A stretch of DNA of 64,000 nt from Podarcis tiliguerta (Eukaryota): the NCBI GenBank assembly GCA_965153285.1, contig OZ229116.1. One strand, written 5' to 3'. Position 1 is the first letter of the stretch. Every line of letters starts with the position of its first letter. This document shows positions 35,903 to 49,396 of the stretch, in pieces. The notes under the pieces are model-generated. The model was not told where the DNA came from. It was given only the letters and a program-made list of their open reading frames with translations, and did no database searches. A program made the position numbers and the translations under genes.

Positions 35903-36593
35903 CAACAAAAATAATGTTCACAATCAAATTTTGTGGAAAAGTGAAACTGTCCAATCTTCCAGATTAAAACATTTCATATGTGAATAAACTTGAGAATTCC
36001 CTCCCCTACCACACACAATATTCCTGCCCACTATTGAGAGCGTTGCTTCTGTGCAGTACGTATGTCCCTGGTAGTTGACCTTGCAAAACAATGATAGCAT
36101 TGAACTGATGACAAAAATTATTTATATAGCAGTGGATGAGGAGTGAGGTTTTGATTACATTGAGGTCAGTGGCAGAGAGCCAACCACCAGGATGGCTTTT
36201 CAGACTTCAGCCACATGCACAGCCTCATGTGAGACAGTCACTGTCTCCTGTGTTTGGGATTCTCATAACCACAGAGACAAACTAAACATGCCATTAATTG
36301 TGTGGATGCAATTAACATACACTGACAAGAGAATCCTGCACTTGGAAACAAGCCTCACTGTGTTCAATGAGACTTACTCACTTGTAAGTATAACCTAAGT
36401 CTGAAATCCTATACCCACTTACCTGAAAGTAAGTCCCATTGAACTAAATGATGATATTTTTTTAAGTAGACATATTGTCTTGTGGCTACACTCATTCGTG
36501 AAAAAGTCTATGGGAGTAAACCCAGAGGAAAAATCTGTACCCACTGCCTTGCAGGATAAATTGCAGCAGAAGGCTAAGGAGTAAACCATACAC

Positions 36594-36726
36594 CAGGCAT
36601 CCCCAAACTCGGCCCTCCAGATGTTTTGGAACAACTCCCATCATCCCTAGCTAACAGGACCAGTGGTCAGGGATGATGGAAATTGTAGTCCCAAAACATC
36701 TGGAGGGCAGAGTTTGGGGATGCCTG
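36594..36726. mobile_element. Palindromic hAT MITE
   Basis: caggcatccccaaactc TIR. 8-bp TSD ccatacac / ccctacac. Older relatives at ~4255, 44680, 48160, 53598, 54990 and 57795. Confidence 0.9.
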
Positions 36727-37985
36727 CCCTACACAAATCCAGGGTCCCTTATATATAGTTTTGTACATTTCTCATTTCTGCCTATTTCTAGGCATAGGAT
36801 AATCATGAAATTCACCAGTTAAAACTTCCCCAGCTACCAGTGATTAAAAGCTCCAGATAACAAGGCAGAGGGTACTTTAGTTTTATCATAATCAAATTTC
36901 AAGAGGGGAACAGTACAACCACAATGTAGTTTTTTTAAAAAAATCCTATTCTTCTTAGTCAATGAACCATGTAATTTTGGAATACTGGATATCCTTTTAA
37001 ATAAATCACATTTGGCAAGCCCATTCCTGCAACTTCAGTGTTTTGCAAGAACAAGAGTCCAAGCTCAATAATCATGCTACTACTGAAGGACCTAGATTTG
37101 GTGCAACTGATACATGAATCACATATGGAGATGGAATGAACCATCAGATAAGACCCATAGCAGTTGTTGTCTTCTTGTTTCAAAGAACAACCTCGGTAAG
37201 GATGGGGCAAGGCATCCATAGCACCTTGGACAGCACCATGCAGAGTTCAGGCTGGAGACTCCATAAGCGCAGGGTGCAAATGTTGCTTCAGCAACAGTCT
37301 AAGCCTTAAATAGGAAGTTCAACTCTATCTCAGCTGCTAGTTGCACCTTTGGTAAGATAAGCCTCTTCATGGGTTCCAACATGCTTTAGCAATTGTTGGC
37401 TTTTCCAGAGCAGGAGAGACTGTGGAGTCACTAAGGCTTCTGAACTAGAGTTCTCAGAGTCAGAGGAGGGCAACACAACATCTTCAGGATGCAGAGACAC
37501 AGGCACATTGGGCTCCTGTTGTGCAATAGCTTGAGGGCAATTCTTTCTTCTACTTCTCCTGACAGGGACTGGTCAGATGTGGAAGAGTAGTGGAGAACAC
37601 CTGGCCAGGAATCCTCGAGGCAAAGTGTAGGAGAGGAAAGTTTGGACCCAGGTTTGTGGTGGTGGGAAACAAGACACACCCCAGGAAAAGAGAAGAACTG
37701 GGAAATATTGAAGGATGGGGAACAGGAGCAAGCTGCTTGATGCACCAGTCCCTTGGCAGTCACCCTAGGCAAAGGGAGGGATCTGACAAATAGAAAACAA
37801 ACTAGAGGTGGGAGGGGCACTCTGGGCACCACATCCTGGATCTCTGTGTTTGTTTTTATGCTAACAAAGAAGCTATTAGCTGAAGTGAGCTGTGTGCCTC
37901 ATTTCTCTCTGCTCTTTGCCAAGTGTGCTTGTTGTCCGCTCCCCCTCCTGAAGAAACGAGTCTTGAGTCCAAATGGCAGCTGTTT

Positions 37986-37989
<4 letters not shown>

Positions 37990-38024
<35 letters not shown>

Positions 38025-38408
38025 TTATTATTTGTACCCCGCCCATCTGGCTGGGCCACTCTGGGCGGCTTCCATAGAAACCAAAAATACACTAAAATGT
38101 CACACATTAAAAACTTCCCTGAACAGGGCTGCCTTAAGATGTCTTCTGAATGTCAGGTAGTTGTTTATCGCTTTGACATCTGATGGGAGGGCATTCCACA
38201 GGGCGGGCGCCACTACCGAGAAGGCCCTCTGCCTGGTTCCCTGTAGCTTTGCTTCTCGCAATGAGGGAACCGCCAGAAGGCCCTCGGTGCTGGACCTCAG
38301 CGTCCGGGCAGAACGATGGGGGTGGAGACGCTCCTTCAGGTATACTGGGCCGAGGCCGTTTAGGGCTTTAAAGGTCAACACCAGCACTTTGAATTGTGCT
38401 CGGAAACG
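37990..38408 (-). mobile_element. L2 LINE 3' fragment, relatively young
   Basis: LVLTFKALNGLGPVYLKERL..RTLRSS..RAFSVVAPALWNALP..FRRHLKAALFREVF* is the L2 ORF2 end. (TTA)n tail. Confidence 0.95.
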
Positions 38409-38853
38409 TTAAGCACTTGCTCTTGGACTTCTTTTGCAGTTGCTACCCAGTTAGTGTTCATTTTTTTTCTGGGGGAAAAAGCTGTCCTGCTCAACCTGAA
38501 GAGTGGTTCTGATAGGTGTCAGGCTCCCTGTACTAGTGGTCTGCTGGAATGTGTAGGTTGCTTTATTTTTTGTTTGTCTTCAACTTTTTGTGTTTGTGGA
38601 GACTGCCAAAGCCGTCTTCTCTGTTTTCTGCCTGTTCTTACGTGTTTCTGTGTGAATCAATGTGGATCTTTTTTGCCAGCTGCTCTGGTCCTGTGTTGGT
38701 TTGCTCAGAAAATAGACTGAGTGGGGACAGGAAATAGTAGCATACTCCTCGACTCTGAACATTTCCTGCCTTGGATGCTAGGTGATAATATCAGCCCATG
38801 TGATGGCCTGACATTCATGGTAAACATGTAGCCAGACCCTGACCTAGAATGTA

Positions 38854-39209
38854 AGGTAAAGGTACCCCTGCCCGTACGTGCCAGTCTTGCCAGACTCTAG
38901 GGTTGTGCGCTCATCTCACTCTATAGGCCGGGATCCAGCGCTGTCCGCAGACACTTCCGGGTCACGTGGCCAGCGTGACAAGCTGCATCTGGCGAGCCAG
39001 TGCAGCACACGGAACGCTGTTTACCTTCCCGCTGGTAAGTGGTCCCTATTTATCTACTTGCACCCGGGGGTGCTTTCGAACTGCTAGGTTGGCAGGCGCT
39101 GGGACCGAACGACAGGAGCGCACCCCGCCGCGGGGATTCGAACCGCCGACCATGCGATCAGCAAGTCCTAGGCGCTGAGGTTTTACCCACAGCGCCACCC
39201 ACATCCCAC
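38854..39209 (-). mobile_element. Sauria SINE (distinct subfamily)
   Basis: A/B boxes and ACCTTT tail. Perfect 13-bp TSD gacctagaatgta (38841-38853, 39210-39222). Confidence 0.95.
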
Positions 39210-39246
39210 GACCTAGAATGTAGACACTGTCAAACAGAGCCTTTCA

Positions 39247-39422
39247 GGAGGCCCGTAGCTGAGTGGTAGAGTATCTGCTTTGCATGCAGAAGTTCTTGGA
39301 TTCAATAACCACATCTCTAGGCAGGGCTGAGGGAAACCTCTTGTCTGAAACCCTACAGCTAATACTGAGATAGATGGACCAATAGTCTGACTCAGTATAA
39401 GGCAGCTTCTCATGTTCATATG
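39247..39422 (+). mobile_element. tRNA-derived SINE with CR1-type tail
   Basis: gtagctgagtggtagag..ttgcatgcagaag head and gaccaatagtctgactcagtataaggcagctt tail. Confidence 0.8.
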
Positions 39423-39708
39423 TTTCACTCAGTAGCACGTTCTAAGAAACAAGTACTAGAAGCAACGCCAAGCACCTAGGAGAGCTCCCAGTGAAGATCA
39501 ACGTTGATCAAAGTTCAACCAAGCTTTGTCGGTTCTCCTGACCACACAATCCTTGTCTGGGGTCTGAGTCAGAAGATTTGCCAAAAATAGGCTCCACGGC
39601 TCAAGTCACAACAACAGCAAGACTTTCAGCAGCAGAGTTGGGCAAGCATGAAGACTGAGTTGAAGTAGCTGCATCCCACTGTGTTATAGATTAAGGCTAT
39701 ATCAAGAC

Positions 39709-39797
39709 TGCAATCCTAGAAACATTTACCAGTAAGTAAATCTCATTACTCTCAGTGGAACTTACATCTGAGTAGACATGTATGGGATGGCACTGTA
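39709..39797. repeat. Old short palindromic dispersed repeat (caatcct...agtaag...cttac...ggat(t/g)g)
   Basis: Relatives at ~6680, 21120, 36330-36450, 53190-53336 and 55220. Confidence 0.55.
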
Positions 39798-42700
39798 AGT
39801 AAGACACTTTCAAGTTGTAACTGTTTGATCCAAAGAGTAATTCAGTTTACATAAGAGGGCCATTCACCATGAGAAGATATGACATCATTACCTTCAAGTT
39901 GAAGTTCTCATGCAATCTTATCCAGGTGGACTTAGCTTCTTAATCCTCTTTTCAATTGTTTTTCTTTATCTAAACCAGGTGTTCAGACTTCGTCTCAGAA
40001 ACCTCCCGAAGTCAATGGGAAAAACTGTTAGAGTTGAAGAGTAGGGCAATTCAGCAATGCTGATTTTACTAATTTTAAGCAGACCAGGGAAGAAATCGGG
40101 GAGGAGGTCCTCGGAGATGTATTGGATGCTTTATGAACCATGTTAGAGGGAGCTAAGGAAGCAAACACACACACCTAAAACTAATAATTCCTTGAAACAT
40201 GGAGATTGTCCCATTGGCCTCTAACAAGAATATGCACATGCAAGCTCTGAGACTTGCAGTTCTTCTGACCCAATCCACTCAAAGAAGGAAGTCTCAGAAA
40301 TAGGAAGGAATGCGGAAGAATATATGCCTTCCCCAGCACCTGCCTGCCTGAAATTCTTTAATGAAATATGTTCCACATTCTGTCATCTATTGTTATAAAA
40401 GAAGTGTACTCAAGCCAGCCCTACCATTAGGGGAGAGTGAAACAGCCACATCAGCAATTTTGGGTATTGTGAAAGGGCAGTTATTTAATTTGTTGCTGGG
40501 TTTTTTACTGACAAGAACAGGGAGAGACCTCAGGTGCCAAAATAACAAACTAATCTTGGGTCCTATGTGCCATGATGGGAGATGGAAAATGTCTTTGACC
40601 AGTCCTGAGCATGGGAATTTGAAGAAATGTGACCATTTTGGGTTCGGATTGTGGGGTTACATTGCCAGGAACTCCAGGGCTTAAATTAGGAGCCACATGG
40701 TCTGTTGTCTGGGCCTACTTTTGGTGAGCTTTCAGTGACACTACATCTGCCCGGTAATTGCTACCCCATATTGCTGCTTGCAGAGTGTTGCTATTTTGCA
40801 AAGCGATTCAGTTGCACAGTGGTAAATTCAGGTTGCAAAATTAAAGTGGATTTGGTGCTGATGTTCAACAAATCTTCTTCAAAGCAAAACAAAAAACTTT
40901 TTGAGGTAAGGAAAGCGATAGATAAATGCTGTGAAAAGTGTAGGATGACAACATCATATAATCTCCCCACAAACAAATCAGAATGAACGATCGATAAACA
41001 TTCGACATTGTGTAACCTCCCCTAAACTTTTGTGCAAACAAATCTGGATGAATGTTCAGTGAACAGGTCATCTACAAGCAGCTGGGAAGGTTGGAGGGAC
41101 GGAATTTGTGCTACTTGGCAGAATGAGAGACCTATAAACTGAAGGCATAGAAGAGCATCCTTCAGTTTCTTCTTTGCCCAAATATCACACAAAATAATGC
41201 CATACTTCTGAAATAATCTGGTTTACACCAATTGCTGTCACTGGAATCCTGAAAATCACCCCTAGCTTGGAGTCTCCCACGTGACAGCCCAGAACCTTAT
41301 ATCCCAGCAACTGAGAATGGCCCTTGAGTGTATCATTCCTTTTATAATAACTTGGCCAGAGCTGAGGAATGAGTCGAAATAAATCCAGTGTTATTGCAAC
41401 TTAATGCACAAAGCCTTCTTTAAGGGGCTGTGTCAATATGAATAAATTTAGACTCTTTGGGGTATAGATATAAAGCTGTTCAGTATCCATAAATTAAGCC
41501 TCTACAGTAAAAGCAATGTGTTGTAGTAGAAAATGACATGGAGCCATATTCGGGATTGCCGAAATTAATTCATGCTGTCCGTCCCAAGACCTGCCAGGGA
41601 GGCTGTAATTCAGCTGACAGTGTTCTCAACAGATGTTGCCTGACTGTCAGAATAATAAAACAAGATATCTGGGTTTAGCTCCAATAGAGATGTGAAATGG
41701 AAATAAATATTAAGCATTTTGCCATCTGTTACATCGCTGAGTCACTGGAGAATATCATCCCCAAAATGCACATACTTGTAGATTAATTGGTCTAGAATTG
41801 TCTGGCAGCTCCAAGATTAAAATATTCTGCAACTCAGTCATTCCACTGAGTTATAAAAGATGTATGGAGATTGGTATCAGGAGTAACATTAGATGTAAGG
41901 GCAAAAAAAAGTCTGGTCAGGAATGCTTGCATCTTTTTCTCGTGCGTCAATTATGAGAGCCATTCCAATCCTGAAATTAGTACCGTATTTAACCACCAGC
42001 AATCCTGAGAGTATTTTACACCTTTGGCCTAATCTGGATAAACTCTTAGGACAGAATGTCAATGCAACTCAAAAGAGTGCCCTTCCATCTGTATTACAAT
42101 GTGGGTGAAAATATTTGGAAAACTGTCTCCTTCCCTACCTGCAGACCATCTCAGATGTTGAGATCAGCAGAGGGCATCCTCTTGGCCATTCCCCTGGGTA
42201 GGGGAATTTAATAGCTGAGTAGCTATTAAACACCTGCATATTAGATGTGAATACGTCTAATTTGCATCTGGTCTGACCCTTACTAGTTTTCCAATTCGAT
42301 TCCTCAAGGCAAGCATTCTTACGATGGAGATTTCAACATGTTTACTGTTGTTTTTAAGCTGTTCACAAAAAGACGTGGAAGTTAAGCAGAGCGCCTGTTT
42401 GGAGGCTAAATGAAATCCCAAATAATTATTTCTTGGGTTAATTTTTCCGCCTACAGAAAGCTGGTGCCAACTTAAATGTACTGATATTTACGTTATCTTC
42501 TTTCTTATTTCAGTGAAAGTGTGAGAAGAGAGCAGCAGTTAACGCAGAGCAAGTGCATATGTCCCCGACAGCTGACTCCAAGCCAGAACAACCTTGCGGT
42601 GATGAAAAGCCATCCCGTTGACATTAAAAAAAACACCATGTGGAGCAACCCTACACATATGGCGCGGAGCCCAAGAATGAAAACCGAGGAGATCTGGATT

Positions 42701-43359
42701 GTTTGCTTTGCTTCACTGGCGAAATGGTCGTTTGTTTTCCAAGTACTCCCTCAGCTTGTATCTTTAACAGCCATTACTCTACTGTGTTAGCACACCACTA
42801 AGATCCTTGCATTTCCCTTAAATTGCTTGGGAGGGCTGCTGGAATTCATTAAAAGGCCGAAAAGAGAGGAGAAACCAGAGCATCAATTCACCACAGAGCT
42901 GTGCAGAACAAAAAAACAACCCAGTTGATGTAAGCTGTTTAGACATGTGTTACTGTACGCAGGGCTGTGGTCTGTTGCCCTGATCCAGGGAGTCATATAT
43001 TTGTTACATATTTATTACATTTATAGCCCACCTGTTCCTACAAGGTGCTTAGGACAGCCTACATTCTTTGTATTTATCAGGATCTATACAGGATATTGTT
43101 TTTAAAAATATCAGCTGCTTATGGCCAAAAGACATAGAGAGAGAGGGAGAATTTATTCACTTCCTTTCACTTACGAATTGCTTTCTATGAAACATTTCAA
43201 AGCAATTCAACCATTTAAAAATCAACAGAAGCATATATAAGCCAATTTCATAAATTAAAAAAATTAAAGCAAATTTACATTTTTTAAAAAGTATTTTTTA
43301 AAAATCCAATCCAATCCAAATATGGGCTGGGATAAAAACCTCCAGTTAAAAGGGAGTTA

Positions 43360-43556
43360 CACTCATTCCTGGGTTTTTGAACAGCTTAGTTCTCGAACAT
43401 TTTGGCTCCTGAACACTGCAAACCCGGAAGTGACTGTTCCAGTTTGCGAATTAGAGTTTCCTGCAGCCATTCAGAAGCCACGCTTTGGTTTCCGAACGTT
43501 TTGGAAGTCGAACGGACTTCCAGAACAGATTCCGTTCGACTTCCAACATATGACTG
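43360..43556. mobile_element. Tigger/pogo-like MITE family C
   Basis: TA-flanked cactcatt... / ...atatgactg ends. Subterminal palindrome ttggaagtcgaacgga...tccgttcgacttccaa. Confidence 0.75.
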
Positions 43557-44324
43557 TATTAAAGACAACACGTCTGAGAATATATATATATGAGAGGAAA
43601 CTTCCAAGAAGAGGCACCACCGCACTAAAGGCCCAGTTGCAACACCATACAAAACACACTTCATATTTATTTGTTAATTTCTATGCCACTCTTCATATGA
43701 GGATCACAGGGCAATTTACTTCATGATAAGATGGTATCTGCAGGTGGCCATCTCCTCCCTGTTCCCTACCAATTTTATCCTCACAACTTAGGTTGGCCAG
43801 TGATGCACTGCCAGAAAAGGGGGCACACACCACCTAAAGAAAGAATGAAAGAGGTCAGCAATTTCATAAAATTCCCATTGAAGCTTAAAAATAATTCCTA
43901 TAATTTAATTAACACTTAAATTATTTTGCACCCCACACCAGATGGCTCAAACCACTTCTTGTTCAATTAATTTACAAAGTTAATTTACCTCACAGATGAT
44001 CCAGATCCTGCTCCAAAATCCATTTCCCTTCAACAAACTACCTCTATTCAATTATGCAGAGGCAGCCATTTCTTTTCCCACACAATGTCCAACAGCATCA
44101 CTGCCTTTTCCAGGGGTCGGGCATTGAGGTTTCAATTTAAGCAGCATTACTTCGGCAGCAAGAGCTCAGCTGCCACCTTGCATTCAGTAAAGAAGAGAGA
44201 ATTTAAGATTTATCAACCATTGTCTCAATCAGGATGTCGAATACTGGACATAGAGAAAACGGGCATCTTCCTAGGAATCCCTTTAAATTGGGAAAAGAAG
44301 GCACTTGGTCACCATATATCCACC

Positions 44325-44460
44325 TTGTGAGGTCGGTTAGACTGAGAAATAGCAGGTGGCCCAAGCTTACCCAATGATCTTCACAGCTGAGTAGGAATTT
44401 GAACAGGTGTCTTACCAGACCTCATCTGAGATTCTAACCACTACACCACAGAGACTCCCG
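44325..44460 (-). mobile_element. Old CORE-SINE (MIR/Squam3A-like) fragment
   Basis: gtgaggt..ctgaga..ggcccaag..tttgaac..ctaaccactacacca pattern. Confidence 0.65.
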
Positions 44461-47400
44461 TGTGAACGTGTAGCTGTGACAAAGATGAGGGGAGCTGTAA
44501 TTCTTTGTTTTCCCCATTCCTGGTATATATGATTCTGAAGAAGCAAAGGCCCACCACCACTTTGCCACTTAGGGGGACCTTTGAGGAAAAGCCTCCTTCT
44601 CAACTTGATGGCCTCATGCCATATGAGATCCATAGCATCTGAGAAGTTCTTACTGATAGGCGATGCCCACATTATTACAGAACAGCCTTCCCCAAGCTGG
44701 TGCCTTCCAGATGTTTTGGATTGCAAACTCCCATCAACTTCAGCCAGCATGGCAAGTGGACCAAAACATCAGGAGGACAGGGAAGGCTGTGAGAGAGTTA
44801 GAGCATCCTTGAGCATCCTTGGTAGCTCTGGGGGCCCTAAACAGTGTCTGCAGTACAGAGCCAACCCTCACAATCAAGGCATGGTCTCTCCCTTCGAAAT
44901 GACATCATGTGAAAATCACTCTCCAAAAATACTGCCTGGCTTATTTATCATCTTGAGTGTAAAAATTATCCTTTGCTAAAACACAATTACCTGGGAAATG
45001 GAACGAAAAAGAGATGGCTGTGACCTGTACTAAGCAACATATGAGATTTAACTTTAAAGTTGTTGTTTTTTTCAAAAAAAAAAAAAAAAAGATCAGTGCG
45101 GTAATGCTGTGAGAAAACATTGAAAATGCTGCAATCAGTTTTAGAAATTTGATATGCAAAAAAGATGAACTTCATACTGGGCACAAGTGACTCCCATGAT
45201 ATCCCTATACACGTAAAGTGAAATAATTAGACCTTGGATGAAAAATGTTGACAGTACAAAGAAAGAGCATGATCTAATATCAGAACAAAGTTAACAGATG
45301 TCATTAAGGGAGATGATTAGCTGATGACGGAAGGTCACACCCAGTTTACTTCTCACAGTTGAAAGATCAAAGTTATTCGTTCACTTGGAGAAAGGGGCTG
45401 AAACAGTTACTCTAGGAAAATCCTTTCACAGAACATTAAGCCTCCTCTCTGTCTTGTGTTTCTAAAATATAAATTGTCAGGGAAAAGGCTATACAATGCT
45501 CTGTAAAACAAGTGGGGGGCGGGAATACCCAGGATAATTATCTAATTGGAAAAAAATCTAACAATTATCAATGAAATACAGTACATGAGAAATGCTGGCA
45601 AATTATTTGAAGTACCCATATATTTGTGTATTTGTGGCTCTGTGGGTATACAGGTTTTTACACTTTTACCTGTATTAGAAGTGATGCTACAGGAATTATT
45701 CAAACCTGGTATAAACCATAGATGACACCTTCAGAGTCAATGGACTAAGTCAATGAACTGCTTAAGCTATTCATACCTTAGCATGACACAAACCATAGGT
45801 CAGACACAACCACTAACTTGGAACAGAAATTCCCAGTGAACAGAAATGAACAGTTGTGGGATGTGTTTTTTATGCATAGAATATCTTCTCAGCTAAAAAG
45901 CATGGCTAATTTGCACCATAAACACATATTTTTTGTGAAATGGTTACCATTCTTAAAATGTGCATGCTCCTCTAAAATATTCTGTAAAAAGCCAACAAGA
46001 CTGAACCCTATGGTTATCTAGTTAAGTCACATTCAGGGGCAAGCGCAAAAAATTGTATATCTTGAGGCAGAGGCAGCAGCCATCACACACACCTTCTCTC
46101 CCCACACTACCACCCACACTCACTTTTTGTTTTTCTGCCGCTAATGCAATGGCAGCATGAGTTGTCTCTCCATCTCCATCTCCCCCACCTCTTCCTTGCT
46201 CTGGACCACCTCATCAAGAATGCCTCAAGTTGAGAAAGAACCCCCTTCCTCAGAACAAAGCTCGAGCAGGCAATACACTGCTTAGCCACCCTTTAACTAT
46301 TTTAGGGTAAGAAACATCAAGAAGCAAACTCTGCTCTTTGAAATTACAACGCTAATGGATTTTGGAGTTTTAGTTGGCCTAATAAAGGCACTGCCCTAAT
46401 AGGGATTATGCAGGAAAGTGAATAGCTTTTACTTTTCCCACAGAAAGCTACTGCACCAATTTGTCTGCAGTTTGGTAGACTTAATCTACTCTGAAGGAGC
46501 TTCTGTGCCTGTAAATTTGATCCACTTTGGCCAAATGGGGGAAAGTTCTAGCTGTTTTTAATTTCCCTGTTACAGAGAATAGGAAACACTGCTTTATTTT
46601 ATACAGAGTAGCACAAAAAATGACTTGTGGATCCACAGAGAATGGAGCAGCTTAGAAACCAATCAGCATTTTAGAAATGCTCAGGTACAGATACAAGGGC
46701 AAATCTGGGGTACAAACTCCTGTTGAATGCAAATCCTACTACTATTAAACAAAGGAAATAAATATAAAGCCTATCTCAACTTTATAGGCTTCTTAGCACC
46801 CATAAATATTGAATTGAATGCAAAGTCACTTTTCCATGAGCACCCTTGCCTCTCTTGTATGTAGAAGAGCCTTCTTCTGTCTTGGCACAAGAACCTTGCG
46901 TAAGAAAAAACTAAAACACAGAGGTATGTTCTTCCATATCTGCAAGGCATTGTACCATTGCTTGCCCAACGTGTGTGCTAGCCACAATGCACTACTAAAA
47001 TCCCTTCCAGAACATCCAACAAGACCTTCCACTTGCTCTTGCATGGCAGTTCATGGAACGGTACCACGGCCAGAATTTCTTCTACTAGGACACCTCTGGA
47101 TCCCTCCAGCTCAATTACTCCTACAAAACTGCATTCATTCATGGTCTGGGGAGCGTGCCTTTTTAAAACTAAGCTAATAACAATGATCATTACTGGTGAT
47201 CTCTACTTGACAAAAATGCTTTTAACATTCCAAAAATGCATATTTCCTTAATGATTGGGAAAAAAAACCCAAGGTTCTGTACATAAATCAATGTTTGCTG
47301 AGAAATGACATTTCAAAACATAATCCGATACTTTAAATAAAGTTCCATGTGAAGTTCTCATTTGGAACAGATAAGCTTCAGGGACAATTTGTTTGCCCTG

Positions 47401-49002
47401 TACTCAATAAAATATCTGAGAGAGCTGCAACAGTTCAGCTATTACATAAAATCACTTGCCAGCTGAAATTGCTGTTTGGATGAGGACTTTAAAGGACGCT
47501 TTCAAAAGGAGAAATGTTATGCTAACCACAGCCCGATGTGAGTGAAAGAATTTGTACCTCGCCAAGCCTGCTGTGGGATGAGAATCAATATGCTGGTGGC
47601 CTGCCAGAGAAGGGGAGCTGTGGTTTGTTGCTTTCTCATGTAGCACAGCTATCAGAATCTTTCATCACAGAAGCCCACAATGGATTATCAAAACTATTCA
47701 CAGTACAATCTTCAGGAATTTTTCAGGAAAAGTATGGGGACCAGGGAACGAAGCTCACACATATGAAAAAGAAAGAAGGAAAGGGCTTAACCTTTGTCCT
47801 CAGGGTGATAAACGGCAATCACATGGCTGGAGATCAGCCTAACCTTTTCCGAACATGTGATGCAGATGACAATCACTTTAGTATCAACTTTTAAAGGGTG
47901 GTGTTTGGCTTTCCAGATTCTTAGCTATATTGTCTGGATTTTGTTTTCAGAAGAGACATGTGAAAGATGCATTATTTATCATCTATCTATCCTCTATCTA
48001 TCCACTTATATATGTTATTTGCTTAGAAGCTGCAAGCATACGCACATGCACCCAATAAGAGTATTTGCATTCAGATCATCAATACCACTTGCCAAATGCT
48101 GCCTTTAAAAGCTTGTGTATCGAAGAAGTTGCTTTTACAGCAATAAAGGACCAGCTAAATCAGGAATGTGGAACCTGTTGCTCTCCAAATGTTGTTTGTC
48201 TACAGCACCCAGTATCTCTGACCATTGACCATGCTGGTGGGGGCTGATGGGAATTCAAAAACACCTGGAAAGACTGAAGGAGATACAGAGAGAGAGAGAG
48301 AATTGTTAAAAGGGGTGGTAAATTGCTTTATTTGCTGGGGGGGGGATCCATTACTGCATGGATTAACACTATAGTGTAACCTAAAACTTAAGAAAGTTGA
48401 TTGAAAACACAAAAGAGGGAAATAAAATCAATAAATCACTCATTTAAAGTAAGCATTTTTTTAATAAAAAGTATGTTGCATTCAGAATGCCTTTGCTTTT
48501 GTATTTATAAAGCTACGACTATTAAGTATTGCTGCCTTAACCACACAAAGATACATCATGTAATGGAGAGCTATATAGATTTAAGAGACAGGATAAGAAA
48601 CATAACAATGGCTGTTAATAGCTACCATCATCACCTCAATAAAACGGAGTTCAATGGAATATACATTTCAGCAAATCTGATCTGATGGTAATTCCAAAAA
48701 AAGACAGCAAAGAGAGTGGTTAGCATAACAAAAATAAATCATCATTTCTCCAGGATTCAAAATACTGTCATTAATGCTGCTGGTGGTGGTGTTGTTGGGG
48801 GCATTATTAATCAAGACTGTATGAAAATTGACTGGTTCACTTAGTAAGCAAATGAGCACGATGTTGCTGAGCTCGGTACCAAGCTTGATTATTGAGAAAT
48901 TCTCCACCATCTTTTCTTTCTGAGGCAGAAAGAAAAACTCTTCTCTGTTCACTTTCCCCAAGCTATGCAGAATTCTATGCATCTCTACCATATCTCCTCT
49001 TA

Positions 49003-49266
49003 CTGTATTGGCCTGAATATAAGCTGCACCTGAATATAAGCCACAACTTTAAAATTTGGGGGGAGGGAGGCAATACCCGAATATAAGCTGCTCCCCTAAA
49101 AGTCCACAGACACTCACACCCGCTCCGTTTTACCGTATGTCTGTTTCAGCAGCGATATCGTTTAAGCCAATTTTTGTAAGGTCACAAATTTAAGCCGCAC
49201 TTTTAACTTTTCACGGTCGGAATTTGGAAGAAGAAAAAAGTGAGGCTTATATTCAGGCCAATACGG
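49003..49266. mobile_element. Tc2-like MITE nested in CR1
   Basis: TIR c(t/c)gtattggcctgaatataagc. TA TSD. Confidence 0.88.
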
Positions 49267-49378
49267 TACTTGCCTTTTCTCTGAACCTTGGCTGGATCTA
49301 GACACATAAAAAAAGTTTCAGGAGAACGTGTTGTAAACTTCATAAGGGGAAATCACATTGGCAAAAGACGGGACTCCA

Positions 49379-49396
49379 CAGCGCCATCTGGTGTCA
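49379..49396 (-). promoter_or_regulatory. Candidate CTCF motif inside a ~160-bp insert (49290-49449)
   Basis: Minus strand TGACACCAGATGGCGCTG resembles the CTCF core CCACCAG(A/G)(T/G)GGCGC. Confidence 0.45.

Noticed and set aside
39247-39320. tRNA-like sequence (also the SINE heads at ~12900-12979 and 59258)
   Set aside because: Degenerate cloverleaf continuing into SINE body and tail. These are not tRNA genes.
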